64,000 nt of DNA, taken from a virus. The notes beneath the pieces were generated by a model that saw only the letters and a list, made by a program, of their open reading frames with translations, was not told where the DNA came from and ran no database searches. Made by a program: the position numbers and the translations under genes. The stretch lies in the IMG/VR virus record IMGVR_UViG_3300045988_177154, positions 32,001 to 96,000 of that record; one strand, given 5' to 3'. Below are positions 17,899 through 26,392 of this stretch, one piece after another. Numbering within the stretch: position 1 is the stretch's first letter; each line of letters opens with the position of its first letter.

Positions 17899-18034
17899 AG
17901 ACGAACAAGCTTTGCTAAATGAAATTTTGAATGTTCGTAAATCAGGCTGCAATGCTGTAAAATTATGGCTATAAATGTTCGTAAACTAGGCTACATTCTC
18001 GGCTAAACAGCGGCTAAAATGTTCGTCTTTTTAA
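17897..18034 (-). repeat. divergent relative of the dispersed repeat, with three AATGTTCGT direct repeats and 11-bp terminal inverted repeats
   Basis: AAAGACGAACA (17897-17907) pairs with TGTTCGTCTTT (18024-18034). The reverse complement of 17900-17945 reads ACGAACATTCAAAATTTCATTTAGCA, similar to ACGACATTCAAAATCAGTCTAAGCA. Confidence 0.55.
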
Positions 18035-18042
18035 AAAACAGA

Positions 18043-18077
18043 AAAACCACTTAGATTTTTGTCTGAGTGGTTTCTTT
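18043..18077. terminator. bidirectional intrinsic terminator
   Basis: AAACCACTTAGA...TCTGAGTGGTTT plus a T run. Confidence 0.7.
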
Positions 18078-18484
18078 TAGTTAAAGTATATTTTTAAAAC
18101 TTTTTCATTTTCTTCTTCGTCAAAAGTTATATATTGACTTTCATTTATTCCATTCTCACCCTCAATTGGTAAGATTAGAGTTTTATTGTTATTGCTGTTT
18201 TCATAATCAATTGCAAAAGCAACAATATCATAGCATGATGTCAACCTGTTGTATGCGTCCTTTGAAAGAGCAGTCTTTTTGCCTATAAGTTTTTTAATGT
18301 TGATAACTATCAAAGCTTTTTCAGCACAAATGAAATCTTCTTTGAAAGTTTCTCCTTTAGCTGTATAGTTTGTAATAGTTTTATTTACCTCCAAAAAATG
18401 AGAAGTAATCAAATCACTAGGGTCTAAAGTTAGAGTATCTTCATCATTAAATAAAATTCTATATTCTTTTACTTTTTCAGTCAT
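18077..18484 (-). CDS. hypothetical protein, paralog family E (1 of 2)
   Basis: Alignable with 18502-18945 (common LxxxDLIxxxF, AKxALLI/VI and DIVAxxI blocks). Confidence 0.6.
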   Translation of the reverse strand: MTEKVKEYRILFNDEDTLTLDPSDLITSHFLEVNKTITNYTAKGETFKEDFICAEKALIVINIKKLIGKKTALSKDAYNRLTSCYDIVAFAIDYENSNNNKTLILPIEGENGINESQYITFDEEENEKVLKIYFN

Positions 18485-18501
18485 TATATAACCTTTCTAT
18501 A

Positions 18502-18945
18502 TTAAACAGTTGTAGAAATTTCTTGCACATTTTTACCGAAGTAAATTTCTAATCGTTCTTTTCCTTGTACTTCTTCAAGGGTAGTTTCTTGTAATTTATT
18601 TTCGTAATCGCCATCAAATGGAACATAAATAAGTTCATTTGAACTGTCACTGTAAAAAATTTCCAATGCAACAATATCTGAATGTTTTGTTACCCGTTCA
18701 TAAGCATTGTATTCGCCATTAGAGAAAGAAGTTCGTCTAGCTTTGAGATTTTCTGCATCGAAAATGAGCAAAGCATCTTTAGCTACCAGAGATTCTTTTC
18801 TAAGAACTTGATTTTCTGATTGCCAAATATCTATGTGTTTATCTAATCCAGCAAAATTAGCTTCAATTAAATCTGTTGCTGATAAGATGATTGTTTCGCA
18901 ATTTTCTAGTATAAGTTCATAGCTTGTTACTGATTTTTCGTTCAT
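18502..18945 (-). CDS. hypothetical protein, paralog family E (2 of 2)
   Basis: Paralog of 18077-18484. Confidence 0.6.
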   Translation of the reverse strand: MNEKSVTSYELILENCETIILSATDLIEANFAGLDKHIDIWQSENQVLRKESLVAKDALLIFDAENLKARRTSFSNGEYNAYERVTKHSDIVALEIFYSDSSNELIYVPFDGDYENKLQETTLEEVQGKERLEIYFGKNVQEISTTV

Positions 18946-18981
18946 TTAATCTCCTTGATTTTATATTTTCTTTAAATATAT

Positions 18982-19581
18982 CTATTTTAGAACTTTAAAT
19001 TCAACTGTTGACGCTTTTAATTTTCTTGTTAAGGTGTTGTTATTCCAATTGTTTTCAATTTTATAGATAACTAAAGTTTTATGGCTTTCTTTTTCATATA
19101 AAACTTTAAAATAGTAATCGTAAGAATCATTTCCTTTGTAATATGCTTTTCTAGTAAAATCAACAACTAAGTCATTATAAAATAATCTTGTTAATTCTTT
19201 AAAAGGCTCATCTGATTTATAAGCTTTAAAAACTTTTTCAATAGGAACAAAATCATTTCCTAACTTAGTATCTTCTAATTTAACTGATTTTAAATCTTGC
19301 TCTTCAAAAGAATTGATTACATCATCTTTAGAAATATTAACAACAAGCAACTGCTCTTTTAAAAATGTTTCCATTTTTCGTTGGGGCATAAAAATGTCAG
19401 TTTTTTTACCGTTAATAACAAGTTGGAATTGTGTTGATTTTAATTTAGCGTAGCTAGAATTGCTTGAATCTAAATACCCAATTAAATTGATTTTATCTCC
19501 AACATTTAATCTCTTAGTTAATGTAGTTTTTTTGATAACTTCTTTTACAATATATAAATCCGTTTTAACTGTAATATTCAT
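18982..19581 (-). CDS. hypothetical protein (199 aa)
   Basis: Start moved to MNITVK (AAAGGGG RBS). The longer ORF-track start would run through a terminator hairpin. Confidence 0.55.
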   Translation of the reverse strand: MNITVKTDLYIVKEVIKKTTLTKRLNVGDKINLIGYLDSSNSSYAKLKSTQFQLVINGKKTDIFMPQRKMETFLKEQLLVVNISKDDVINSFEEQDLKSVKLEDTKLGNDFVPIEKVFKAYKSDEPFKELTRLFYNDLVVDFTRKAYYKGNDSYDYYFKVLYEKESHKTLVIYKIENNWNNNTLTRKLKASTVEFKVLK

Positions 19582-19684
19582 TCTATTACCCCTTTCTTTT
19601 TCTAATTTAATTATATAATAATTTAAGAAAAAGAGCAATATATAATTAAAAATAAAAAAGAACTTCATTTAGAAGTTCTTTCTT

Positions 19685-20308
19685 TTATTTTTTATTTTTA
19701 GTAATTTCATTCATAAATATAACTTCTGAAGCTATAATATAAGGCTGTAACCATATTGATAAAATTCCCATAGTGAAAACTGATAAAAATTCCCAACCAA
19801 AGAAGCTTAAATGTTGAATGAACAATGTCATTTTATTGCCGTTCATATCAATTCTACTCTTTGTAATATTTTCCATAGGACTATTTTCTTTATAATCATT
19901 AGAATGGTATATAGCTAAAGCATAAGAAAAGCCTTTAACTGTAGCAATAAATGGCCCAGCAAGTGGAATCAATGCCCAACAAAATACTAGAACATCTGAT
20001 ACAAGGAATGTATATATATTTTCTCTAGTTAGACAGTTGAAAATGTCTTTAACTTGATTTGAAAAGCCTTCAGCAATTTCTATTTCATTTTTTACAACTT
20101 TATATAAATATATTTGGGCAGCCAAAGCATAAAAAGCCATTATAAATCCAAATGAATATACTGGAAAATGATAATTTTCAGGCATTAGAAATACTGTTAG
20201 AAAAACTATAACTGATAATATAAGATATGGTATTCCTATTGCTTTCCAAACATGATTTCTTTTAATCAAAGCTCTTGCTTGTTCTTTGATTTCAATTCTT
20301 GACATCAT
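19685..20308 (-). CDS. integral membrane protein (DUF975-like)
   Basis: N-terminal R(I)E(I)KEQAR..(I)K segment followed by multiple TM helices resembles DUF975 proteins. Confidence 0.5.
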   Translation of the reverse strand: MMSRIEIKEQARALIKRNHVWKAIGIPYLILSVIVFLTVFLMPENYHFPVYSFGFIMAFYALAAQIYLYKVVKNEIEIAEGFSNQVKDIFNCLTRENIYTFLVSDVLVFCWALIPLAGPFIATVKGFSYALAIYHSNDYKENSPMENITKSRIDMNGNKMTLFIQHLSFFGWEFLSVFTMGILSIWLQPYIIASEVIFMNEITKNKK

Positions 20309-20411
20309 AAAAATTTACCTCGATGATTTTAATATTCTGTTAAAATATCGAGGTTTATTTATAACTCAACAATTGGCTTCAAAGTTAGTAATATTACTTG
20401 CTTTTTGGCAT

Positions 20412-21068
20412 TTAATATCTGTTATATTTATAGCTAAGTTTCGGAAGAGCAGAATCTTCGGGAAGAGTATTAAGTAATTCTTTCAATTCCTTAACAGTGT
20501 TAAATTTTGTAAAATCAATAGTTTTATCAAGAGTTGTAAATGGAGTAACACCTGTATCAGAAAAATCATCATCACTATATGTGACTTTCCATTCAAAATA
20601 GTTTCCAAAATCTGTTTCTACTACATTCAAATAGGTAATTCCAACCCAATAATCGCCATATTCAAAATAAGGATAAGCTAGATGATTAAGTAATTCAATC
20701 AATTCATTTCTAGTAAGCATTGAAGCTGCTTTTGGAAGAGAGCTTATTGTTAATCCAGCACTTGGGTAAGTATCATAAGCTAATACACCAGAAATAAATT
20801 TAAGATAAAGTGGTACTAATTCTTGAGTAGGATTTTCAATTTCCTCTTTAGTAATTTCATAGTCTAAATCAACTGAATCAGAAAAATTTTCAATCGGAAC
20901 ATTTCTCGACTCGCTATTGAACATTGCAATATTTTTAATGATTTCTGATAGTTTCTTTGGAGTTAAATATTTGAGATTAGGATTTTGAAAATCTTTCCCA
21001 TGATAGTATTCATTTTTGCCCCATTCTTGTTTAAATTTCAATTCAATTTTTGTTTTAGTAATAGTCAT
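20412..21068 (-). CDS. hypothetical protein (218 aa)
   Basis: ORF track. Confidence 0.6.
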   Translation of the reverse strand: MTITKTKIELKFKQEWGKNEYYHGKDFQNPNLKYLTPKKLSEIIKNIAMFNSESRNVPIENFSDSVDLDYEITKEEIENPTQELVPLYLKFISGVLAYDTYPSAGLTISSLPKAASMLTRNELIELLNHLAYPYFEYGDYWVGITYLNVVETDFGNYFEWKVTYSDDDFSDTGVTPFTTLDKTIDFTKFNTVKELKELLNTLPEDSALPKLSYKYNRY

Positions 21069-21092
21069 ATTTAGTAAATCCTTTCTTCTTAA

Positions 21093-21890
21093 TCAATAGT
21101 GTTCTTCTTCAAAATCTGTGTAATTTAAGATTTGTTCTGCAGTTTCTTTAATTAAATCATTTAGAGAAGTTTCATCAATGCTATATCTTCTAGCTACTAA
21201 GTAAACATTAAATTCTTCATTAGGTTCAAAATCTCTATCATCAAAACTTTCTTCTGCTTCTGGTGTTACAATATGAGCGTCCAAACCATTATTATCTAAG
21301 GAAAGATTACACTTGACTGCATTGCTTAAAATTTTCTTATAAGCCATTAAATCAAAAGTAGAATAATCAAGGGTGTTGAACTTTAATAAATATAGAACTT
21401 CTTCATAATCGTGGTTGTCATAATTACATTTAAAAGATACTATGGAATCTTTGTAATTGTTGTTATATTGGCTTTTTACTCTGGTATATATTAAATTCTC
21501 GCCTAAATCTTCTAAGTATTTATAAATTGGAATAATTCTGTTTTGAAACTCAATCCATTTTTCAAGTTCATTAAGCATTGTAGAACCTGAAGTTGAAATC
21601 TCTACTGGCGAAAAATCTTCACAATAATAAATCAATGTTAACTTATTGATTGTATAATCACTTTCGATTTTAAGTTTGTGTTTGAAATGAAAATTATCAA
21701 TCTTATTTTGCAAGTCTTGAACTTTGCTTATAATAAATTCTTTGTTTAAATTGTTAGCGCTATTACTTTCTTCTTCCTCTCGTATTCGATTCTCAAAATA
21801 AGCTTTGCTCTCTTCAAGTTTTGTTATTTCTTTTTTCAGAGCTTCAATTTCTTTGTTCTTTTTCTCTACAATTTCATATAAGTTTTCCAT
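21093..21890 (-). CDS. hypothetical protein with N-terminal coiled coil (265 aa)
   Basis: ORF track. N-terminus is rich in heptad-like E/K repeats. Confidence 0.6.
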   Translation of the reverse strand: MENLYEIVEKKNKEIEALKKEITKLEESKAYFENRIREEEESNSANNLNKEFIISKVQDLQNKIDNFHFKHKLKIESDYTINKLTLIYYCEDFSPVEISTSGSTMLNELEKWIEFQNRIIPIYKYLEDLGENLIYTRVKSQYNNNYKDSIVSFKCNYDNHDYEEVLYLLKFNTLDYSTFDLMAYKKILSNAVKCNLSLDNNGLDAHIVTPEAEESFDDRDFEPNEEFNVYLVARRYSIDETSLNDLIKETAEQILNYTDFEEEHY

Positions 21891-21893
21891 TGC

Positions 21894-22430
21894 TTAATTC
21901 TCCTTACGAGCCATATCTTTTAAAACAAACTCTAAAATTGTTTCATCTTCTGGCACATGGTCGAAATTCCAATTAAGACCGTCAAGTAATCTGGTTCTTT
22001 TCCAAGCATAGACCCAATCTTCCATTCGTGATTGAATATATTTATTAGTCCAACTTGTTTCAAAATATTCTGCATCATCACCAATTTCTTTTTCTAAGTA
22101 TATAGGATTGCCTTCTAATTGCATAATTTCATTTAAGAAAGGCCCCTCGTGGTCATTCTTGTTTAATGAATCTTCATTTAGGATATTTTCTATTTCTTTC
22201 ATGGTGGTTTCTTGTAAGATATAGATTGGTAAATAAGTTTCTATTGGATAACCATTCTCAGTTTTAGCTTCTTCTAGTTCTTCGCTAGACAACCAATCAT
22301 CATCATTACAAAACTCAAAAAACAATTTATTATCTTTTGTTGTAATAATATTAAGTATTGAGCCTTCCATTCCAGCAATACCACCTAATAGATATAGACA
22401 GGTTCTGTTTTTTATTTCACTAAATTTCAT
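21894..22430 (-). CDS. hypothetical acidic protein (178 aa)
   Basis: ORF track. Confidence 0.6.
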   Translation of the reverse strand: MKFSEIKNRTCLYLLGGIAGMEGSILNIITTKDNKLFFEFCNDDDWLSSEELEEAKTENGYPIETYLPIYILQETTMKEIENILNEDSLNKNDHEGPFLNEIMQLEGNPIYLEKEIGDDAEYFETSWTNKYIQSRMEDWVYAWKRTRLLDGLNWNFDHVPEDETILEFVLKDMARKEN

Positions 22431-22438
22431 TTATAACC

Positions 22439-22867
22439 TCAATCTTTTGTTTTTAATCTTTTTAAAGTAGAATATAGAGAGCTTAATTTATGATAACTGT
22501 CATGTGTAAGTGTTTCATTCTCTGCAACAGTATTTATATTCCCTCTAATCCAATCAGCAACAGTATCACAATCTTTCAACAATTTACTTTGCTCAGCTTT
22601 AGTCAAAAGATGATTGTTTCTTTTTAGAATAATCAAAGCATGATTCACTTCAAAAGTAGAAAAACCCACCTCAAAAACCTTGAATAATCCATGCTCGAGA
22701 GCAAGTTCTATAATCTCTTTATTGAACTCATATTCAAATTGATTTACAAGATTGTAGGGTTTCTTACTTAAATAAGATAATTTATTTAATTTGTTTGTGC
22801 AGTCATTCAGAGTTATAGAATGAGGCTCTGCAATCAAAGAATGAAGAAACAGTCTATTAGTATCCAT
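22439..22867 (-). CDS. hypothetical protein (142 aa)
   Basis: ORF track. Behind promoter 22902-22930. Confidence 0.6.
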   Translation of the reverse strand: MDTNRLFLHSLIAEPHSITLNDCTNKLNKLSYLSKKPYNLVNQFEYEFNKEIIELALEHGLFKVFEVGFSTFEVNHALIILKRNNHLLTKAEQSKLLKDCDTVADWIRGNINTVAENETLTHDSYHKLSSLYSTLKRLKTKD

Positions 22868-22901
22868 TTTTTTATTTTACCTTTCAGTTTTCATTTGTAC
22901 T

Positions 22902-22930
22902 ATTATATAACATTTTTTAATTTTTATCAA
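22902..22930 (-). promoter_or_regulatory. sigma-A type promoter
   Basis: Minus strand reads TTGATA-17-TATAAT. Divergent from 22947-22975. Confidence 0.65.
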
Positions 22931-22946
22931 TTAAAAATTTTTATGA

Positions 22947-22975
22947 TTGAAAAATTAACATTTTTGTTATATAAT
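22947..22975 (+). promoter_or_regulatory. sigma-A type promoter upstream of the TnpA remnant and TnpB-like gene
   Basis: TTGAAA-17-TATAAT. Confidence 0.65.
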
Positions 22976-23202
22976 ATAACTATATTTATGAATATGAAAT
23001 AGAGGTTAGAAATGAAATTAGAAGCTTTATAACTACTAACAAAGAAAGATTAGTGGGATTTGGTTTTAAATATATAGAAGCTATATGTAATCCTCATAAT
23101 GTAGAAATAGTTGTAATACAATCAGAACAAGATAATAAATCAGTTGAACAAGAATTAACAGAAGATATTAAGAACTTATTAGCAACATTAGAAAAGGAGT
23201 AG
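22975..23202 (+). pseudogene. C-terminal remnant of an IS607-type serine-recombinase TnpA
   Basis: Frame with no ATG translates ...KERLVGFGFKYIEAICNPHNVEIVVIQSEQDNKSVEQELTEDIKNLLATLEKE*. This matches the conserved C-terminal end of IS607 TnpA (DRLxRFGFxYxE...ELxEDL). The catalytic N-terminal domain is absent. Confidence 0.55.
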
Positions 23203-23212
23203 TTATCAAATA

Positions 23213-24565
23213 ATGAGTAATGTATTTACGGTAACAACTGAATTAAAATTGAATAAAGAATATAATCAGTTGGTTGGTAAATACATTTCTGATTATATTG
23301 AAATATTCAATAAAATTCAGAGATTAACATTTCATAGAATTAAAAATTACTATATAAAAAATGGTAAAATAACTCAAAAAGATAGAAATATTATTCATGC
23401 TCAACTAAAAGAAGAATTTAATCTAACTAGTCGAGCTATTGATGCAATATTAAGTAATATGTTAGGTCGTTTTGAATCTATCAAAGAATTAAAGGAATTT
23501 GAAAGAAAAAGTTTAGAAAGAAAGATTTTTGCTCTTGAAAAAGAACTAACTAAATTAAAAGATGAAAGAACTTTACAAAGAATAAATTTAAATAACAATT
23601 TAAAAGATTTCAACTTTGTTAAATACAAAAATCTAAAAATAAAAATCTACTGGAAACAAAACAGATTAAATACTAAAAAGCAAAAACTTAAAAATCTTGA
23701 AAATGAAATTGAAACGAGTAAATATAAAGTATGTTTTGGCACTAAGAATTTACTACAAAAAGATTATAGCAAATTTATTAAGAAAAGAGATAGTGAAATC
23801 TATTTCTTAGGTAGAGCTGGCGATAAAGCTTGCAACTTCAATTTCCAAGTGGAATATAACTCTAAAACAAATCAATTCTATTTTAGAATTAGAAAAGAAA
23901 TTGACTTAGATAATGACAAATTCGTTTATGGCCAATTTCATTTTAATAATAAAAATTATACTAATTTATTAAAGAAGTTACTAAAAACCAAAGAAAGTGC
24001 TTTAACATATAGAATTAAGATAAAAAATAATCGAGTATTTCTCCAAATCATATACAACTTTGAGCATAACAAAGATTTATGTGTAACTAGAGATAGTTAT
24101 GGTGTAATTGGAGTAGATTTTAACAAAGGCTTTGTATCTGTAAGTGAAACAGATAAATACGGTAATTTAATAAACACTTTTAATATAGATTATCAATATA
24201 GTAAAGGTAATCAAACAACAAATGATTTTCAATATATAGCAACTAAATTAAAAGATTATTGCTTAAGAACTGGAAAAGATTTAGTTATAGAGAAACTTGA
24301 CTTTACTAAAAAGAAAGATAATTTAATAAGTAAGAAAGGTAAAAAATATAATGAAATGTTATCAACACTTGCTTATTCTAAATTTGATTCTATTATAACT
24401 TCTAAATGTGCTAAAAACAGAATTTTTTTACATAAAGTTAATCCGGCATGGACGAGTTGGATTGCGAAACGAAAATATTGTCTGAAAATGAAATTAAACA
24501 TACACTCTGGAGCTTCTTATGTTATTGCTCGTAGAGGTATGTTCTTAAAAGATAAAGTAAAATAA
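23213..24565 (+). CDS. tnpB: TnpB-like protein with degenerate RuvC-III and no zinc finger (possibly nuclease-dead)
   Basis: RuvC-I GVIGVDFN and RuvC-II LVIEKLDF are present. NPAWTS is followed by only about 35 aa ending NIHSGASYVIARRG, where D-x-NAA-x-NI is expected. No CxxC pairs. Confidence 0.75.
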   Translation: MSNVFTVTTELKLNKEYNQLVGKYISDYIEIFNKIQRLTFHRIKNYYIKNGKITQKDRNIIHAQLKEEFNLTSRAIDAILSNMLGRFESIKELKEFERKSLERKIFALEKELTKLKDERTLQRINLNNNLKDFNFVKYKNLKIKIYWKQNRLNTKKQKLKNLENEIETSKYKVCFGTKNLLQKDYSKFIKKRDSEIYFLGRAGDKACNFNFQVEYNSKTNQFYFRIRKEIDLDNDKFVYGQFHFNNKNYTNLLKKLLKTKESALTYRIKIKNNRVFLQIIYNFEHNKDLCVTRDSYGVIGVDFNKGFVSVSETDKYGNLINTFNIDYQYSKGNQTTNDFQYIATKLKDYCLRTGKDLVIEKLDFTKKKDNLISKKGKKYNEMLSTLAYSKFDSIITSKCAKNRIFLHKVNPAWTSWIAKRKYCLKMKLNIHSGASYVIARRGMFLKDKVK

Positions 24566-24760
24566 CATAGTATTTCTACTTAACCAGAATAAGACCAAGT
24601 GATTGATGTCTGGCTCTGTGTAGAAATTCAAAAATAAAATAACTTTTCATTATCTTTGAAGTTGTAATTCCTACGTGGTGAAACTAAAAAGAAAATGAAA
24701 TTAAAATGTTCATCTGAATTAAGATGAAATAGTCATTGTGGTCACGGACGAAAAACAATC
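24566..24760 (+). ncRNA. candidate omega/re-RNA scaffold of the TnpB-like gene 23213-24565
   Basis: Non-coding 3' flank with nested complementarity: ATTTCTAC 24571-24578 pairs with GTAGAAAT 24621-24628, CCAGA...TCTGG lies inside that stem, and CATCT-GAATTA-AGATG lies further 3'. Confidence 0.35.
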
Positions 24761-24769
24761 TTGAATTAT

Positions 24770-25036
24770 GGAATATACACTATTCTATATTTCTTGTACC
24801 ACATTCCACAAGAATTTCAAATAAAATACCCGTTAGAATTAGTCTTTAAATACCCTAATCTTGTTTCTTCTTTGAGTGACTCACAAATCTCTAATATTCC
24901 AAGCGCTAATCATTTACTTATGATTGGCTACAAAATCAAAGATTGGAATTATGACTATTTTGATGCTAGAGAAATTATGAGAGCAAGAGAAATATTTAAA
25001 AATGGCACCTATCAAGTAATTGAACATAAAAAGTGA
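24770..25036 (+). pseudogene. C-terminal fragment of a paralog family F gene
   Basis: Translation YHIPQEFQIKYPLELVFKYPNLVSSL...LLMIGYKIKDWNYDY...AREIFKNGTYQVIE aligns with the last ~85 aa of the ~330-aa family. The N-terminal ~240 aa are missing. Confidence 0.7.
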
Positions 25037-25077
25037 TAAGTCCTTTAGTTTTTACTTGTTAGATTGATGAAATAAAC

Positions 25078-25187
25078 AATTCTAAGCTGCTTTACTGCAA
25101 ATCCGATACATTGCAGTTTCTCAGTTATAGCGTTTTATTAGTGACGATATAACGACATTCAAATTCAGTCTAAGCAATTCTAAAAAT
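25078..25187 (+). repeat. dispersed intergenic repeat, copy C
   Basis: AATTCTAAGCTGCTTTACTGCAAATCCGATACATTGCAG...TAGTGACGATATAACGACATTCAAATTCAGTCTAAGCAAT. Confidence 0.8.
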
Positions 25188-25235
25188 CAACATTTCAAAC
25201 AGTTGAAACTATTTTTATTTTTTATATTTTTATTG

Positions 25236-25264
25236 TTGACAAATTATAAACTTTGTTGTATTAT
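25236..25264 (+). promoter_or_regulatory. sigma-A type promoter
   Basis: TTGACA-17-TATTAT. Confidence 0.7.
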
Positions 25265-25313
25265 ATAAATATAGAAAAGGAAATTAACAACAAAAGAAAT
25301 GGAGTTTTTTACT

Positions 25314-25490
25314 ATGACGAAAGAAGCTATTAAGAAAAATATTGCAACTCTTGCTAAATCACAAGGATTCTATGGGCGACTTCTTAATCAAATTGAAGAA
25401 GATGAAGCTGTCCTTGATTACCTTCATGAGAAATCAATTCAAGAAGGCTGGAAAGATGCTGTAGATATGGTTCTAGCTATTGAATGCTAA
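25314..25490 (+). CDS. hypothetical protein (58 aa)
   Basis: Start moved to MTKEAIKK (GGAG RBS 9 nt upstream). Behind promoter 25236-25264. Confidence 0.5.
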   Translation: MTKEAIKKNIATLAKSQGFYGRLLNQIEEDEAVLDYLHEKSIQEGWKDAVDMVLAIEC

Positions 25491-25573
25491 TCTTTTAAAA
25501 TAAATGAATTTAATATTTAAAGAGGTGGTGGAAAACTACCTTTTTATTTTTTAAAATTTTTTATTAAAAATTG

Positions 25574-25602
25574 TTGACAAACTATAAATTTTATTGTATT
25601 AT
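25574..25602 (+). promoter_or_regulatory. sigma-A type promoter
   Basis: TTGACA-17-TATTAT. Confidence 0.7.
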
Positions 25603-25642
25603 ATAACTATAATAAAACAAATGAAAAAAGAGGACATAAACA

Positions 25643-25813
25643 ATGAAAAGAAATAAAATGACAATCAAAATTACTGTAAAACCACATCATAAATCAAAAA
25701 TGACTAAGGAAGAACTACAATCTCACTTGAATGAGATGCGTAGAGGTGCCTCTGTTACTAAAAATGGAAAAGGCTTCCAGCGCCACCAAAAACATAAAAA
25801 TCGTGAATATTAA
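25643..25813 (+). CDS. small basic protein (56 aa)
   Basis: Hand-translated MKRNKMTIKITVKPHHKSKMTKEELQSHLNEMRRGASVTKNGKGFQRHQKHKNREY. AGAGGA RBS. Behind promoter 25574-25602. Confidence 0.5.
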   Translation: MKRNKMTIKITVKPHHKSKMTKEELQSHLNEMRRGASVTKNGKGFQRHQKHKNREY

Positions 25814-25825
25814 GAGGTGATGAAA

Positions 25826-26392
25826 ATGACTAAAGAACTCAAACCATTAAAATCAATTCTATTCGTAAGTAGAAATAAGGATAATAAACACTTGCCAGAT
25901 TTTAAAGAACGAAGATATGTTCGACTAACTACTAAAACAGCTGAAGAACTTAAAAAAGATTTTGACCATTGGGCTGCTAAAGGGCCTGAAGGTGAATTTT
26001 GCCGTTTCTATATGAAAATCAATGCTCGAGACCCAGAGAAAACTAAAAAGAATCTCATTAAAGAACTTATTTTTAATGACAATTTCGATTTAGTATCTGC
26101 TGAAGCAAAAATTGCTGGTATTGCTAATAAAAAAGAATGTGCAGCTGAACGAAAATGGCTATTTGACTTTGATGATACTGAAGATAAACTTGAAGAGTTC
26201 ATCAATGATATTAAGGAATATGACAAGGCTTCTGTTCCACTAGAAATAGAAGTTCATAAAACTCCAAATGGGCATGCAGTTATCGTCAATCGTGGTTTTG
26301 ATACTAGAGAATTGATGAAAAAATGGAACGCTACTGTCGAACTTAAAAAAGACGAAATGCTATGCGTTAACTGGACAGGTAAGGAGAATTAA
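25826..26392 (+). CDS. hypothetical protein, paralog family D (possible small AEP/Prim-Pol-like fold)
   Basis: Paralog of 7250-7861 (YMKINAR, WLFDFDD, EVHKTPNGHAVIV). Start set at the ATG 8 nt after the AAGAGG RBS. Confidence 0.6.
   Translation: MTKELKPLKSILFVSRNKDNKHLPDFKERRYVRLTTKTAEELKKDFDHWAAKGPEGEFCRFYMKINARDPEKTKKNLIKELIFNDNFDLVSAEAKIAGIANKKECAAERKWLFDFDDTEDKLEEFINDIKEYDKASVPLEIEVHKTPNGHAVIVNRGFDTRELMKKWNATVELKKDEMLCVNWTGKEN

Larger units (their letters stand above)
22975..24765 (+). mobile_element. decayed IS607-like element (TnpA remnant, TnpB-like gene, structured 3' region)
   Basis: Gene order and the typical tnpA-end/tnpB-start junction. The right boundary is inferred from where homology to paralog family F resumes (about 24770). 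Confidence 0.5.
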
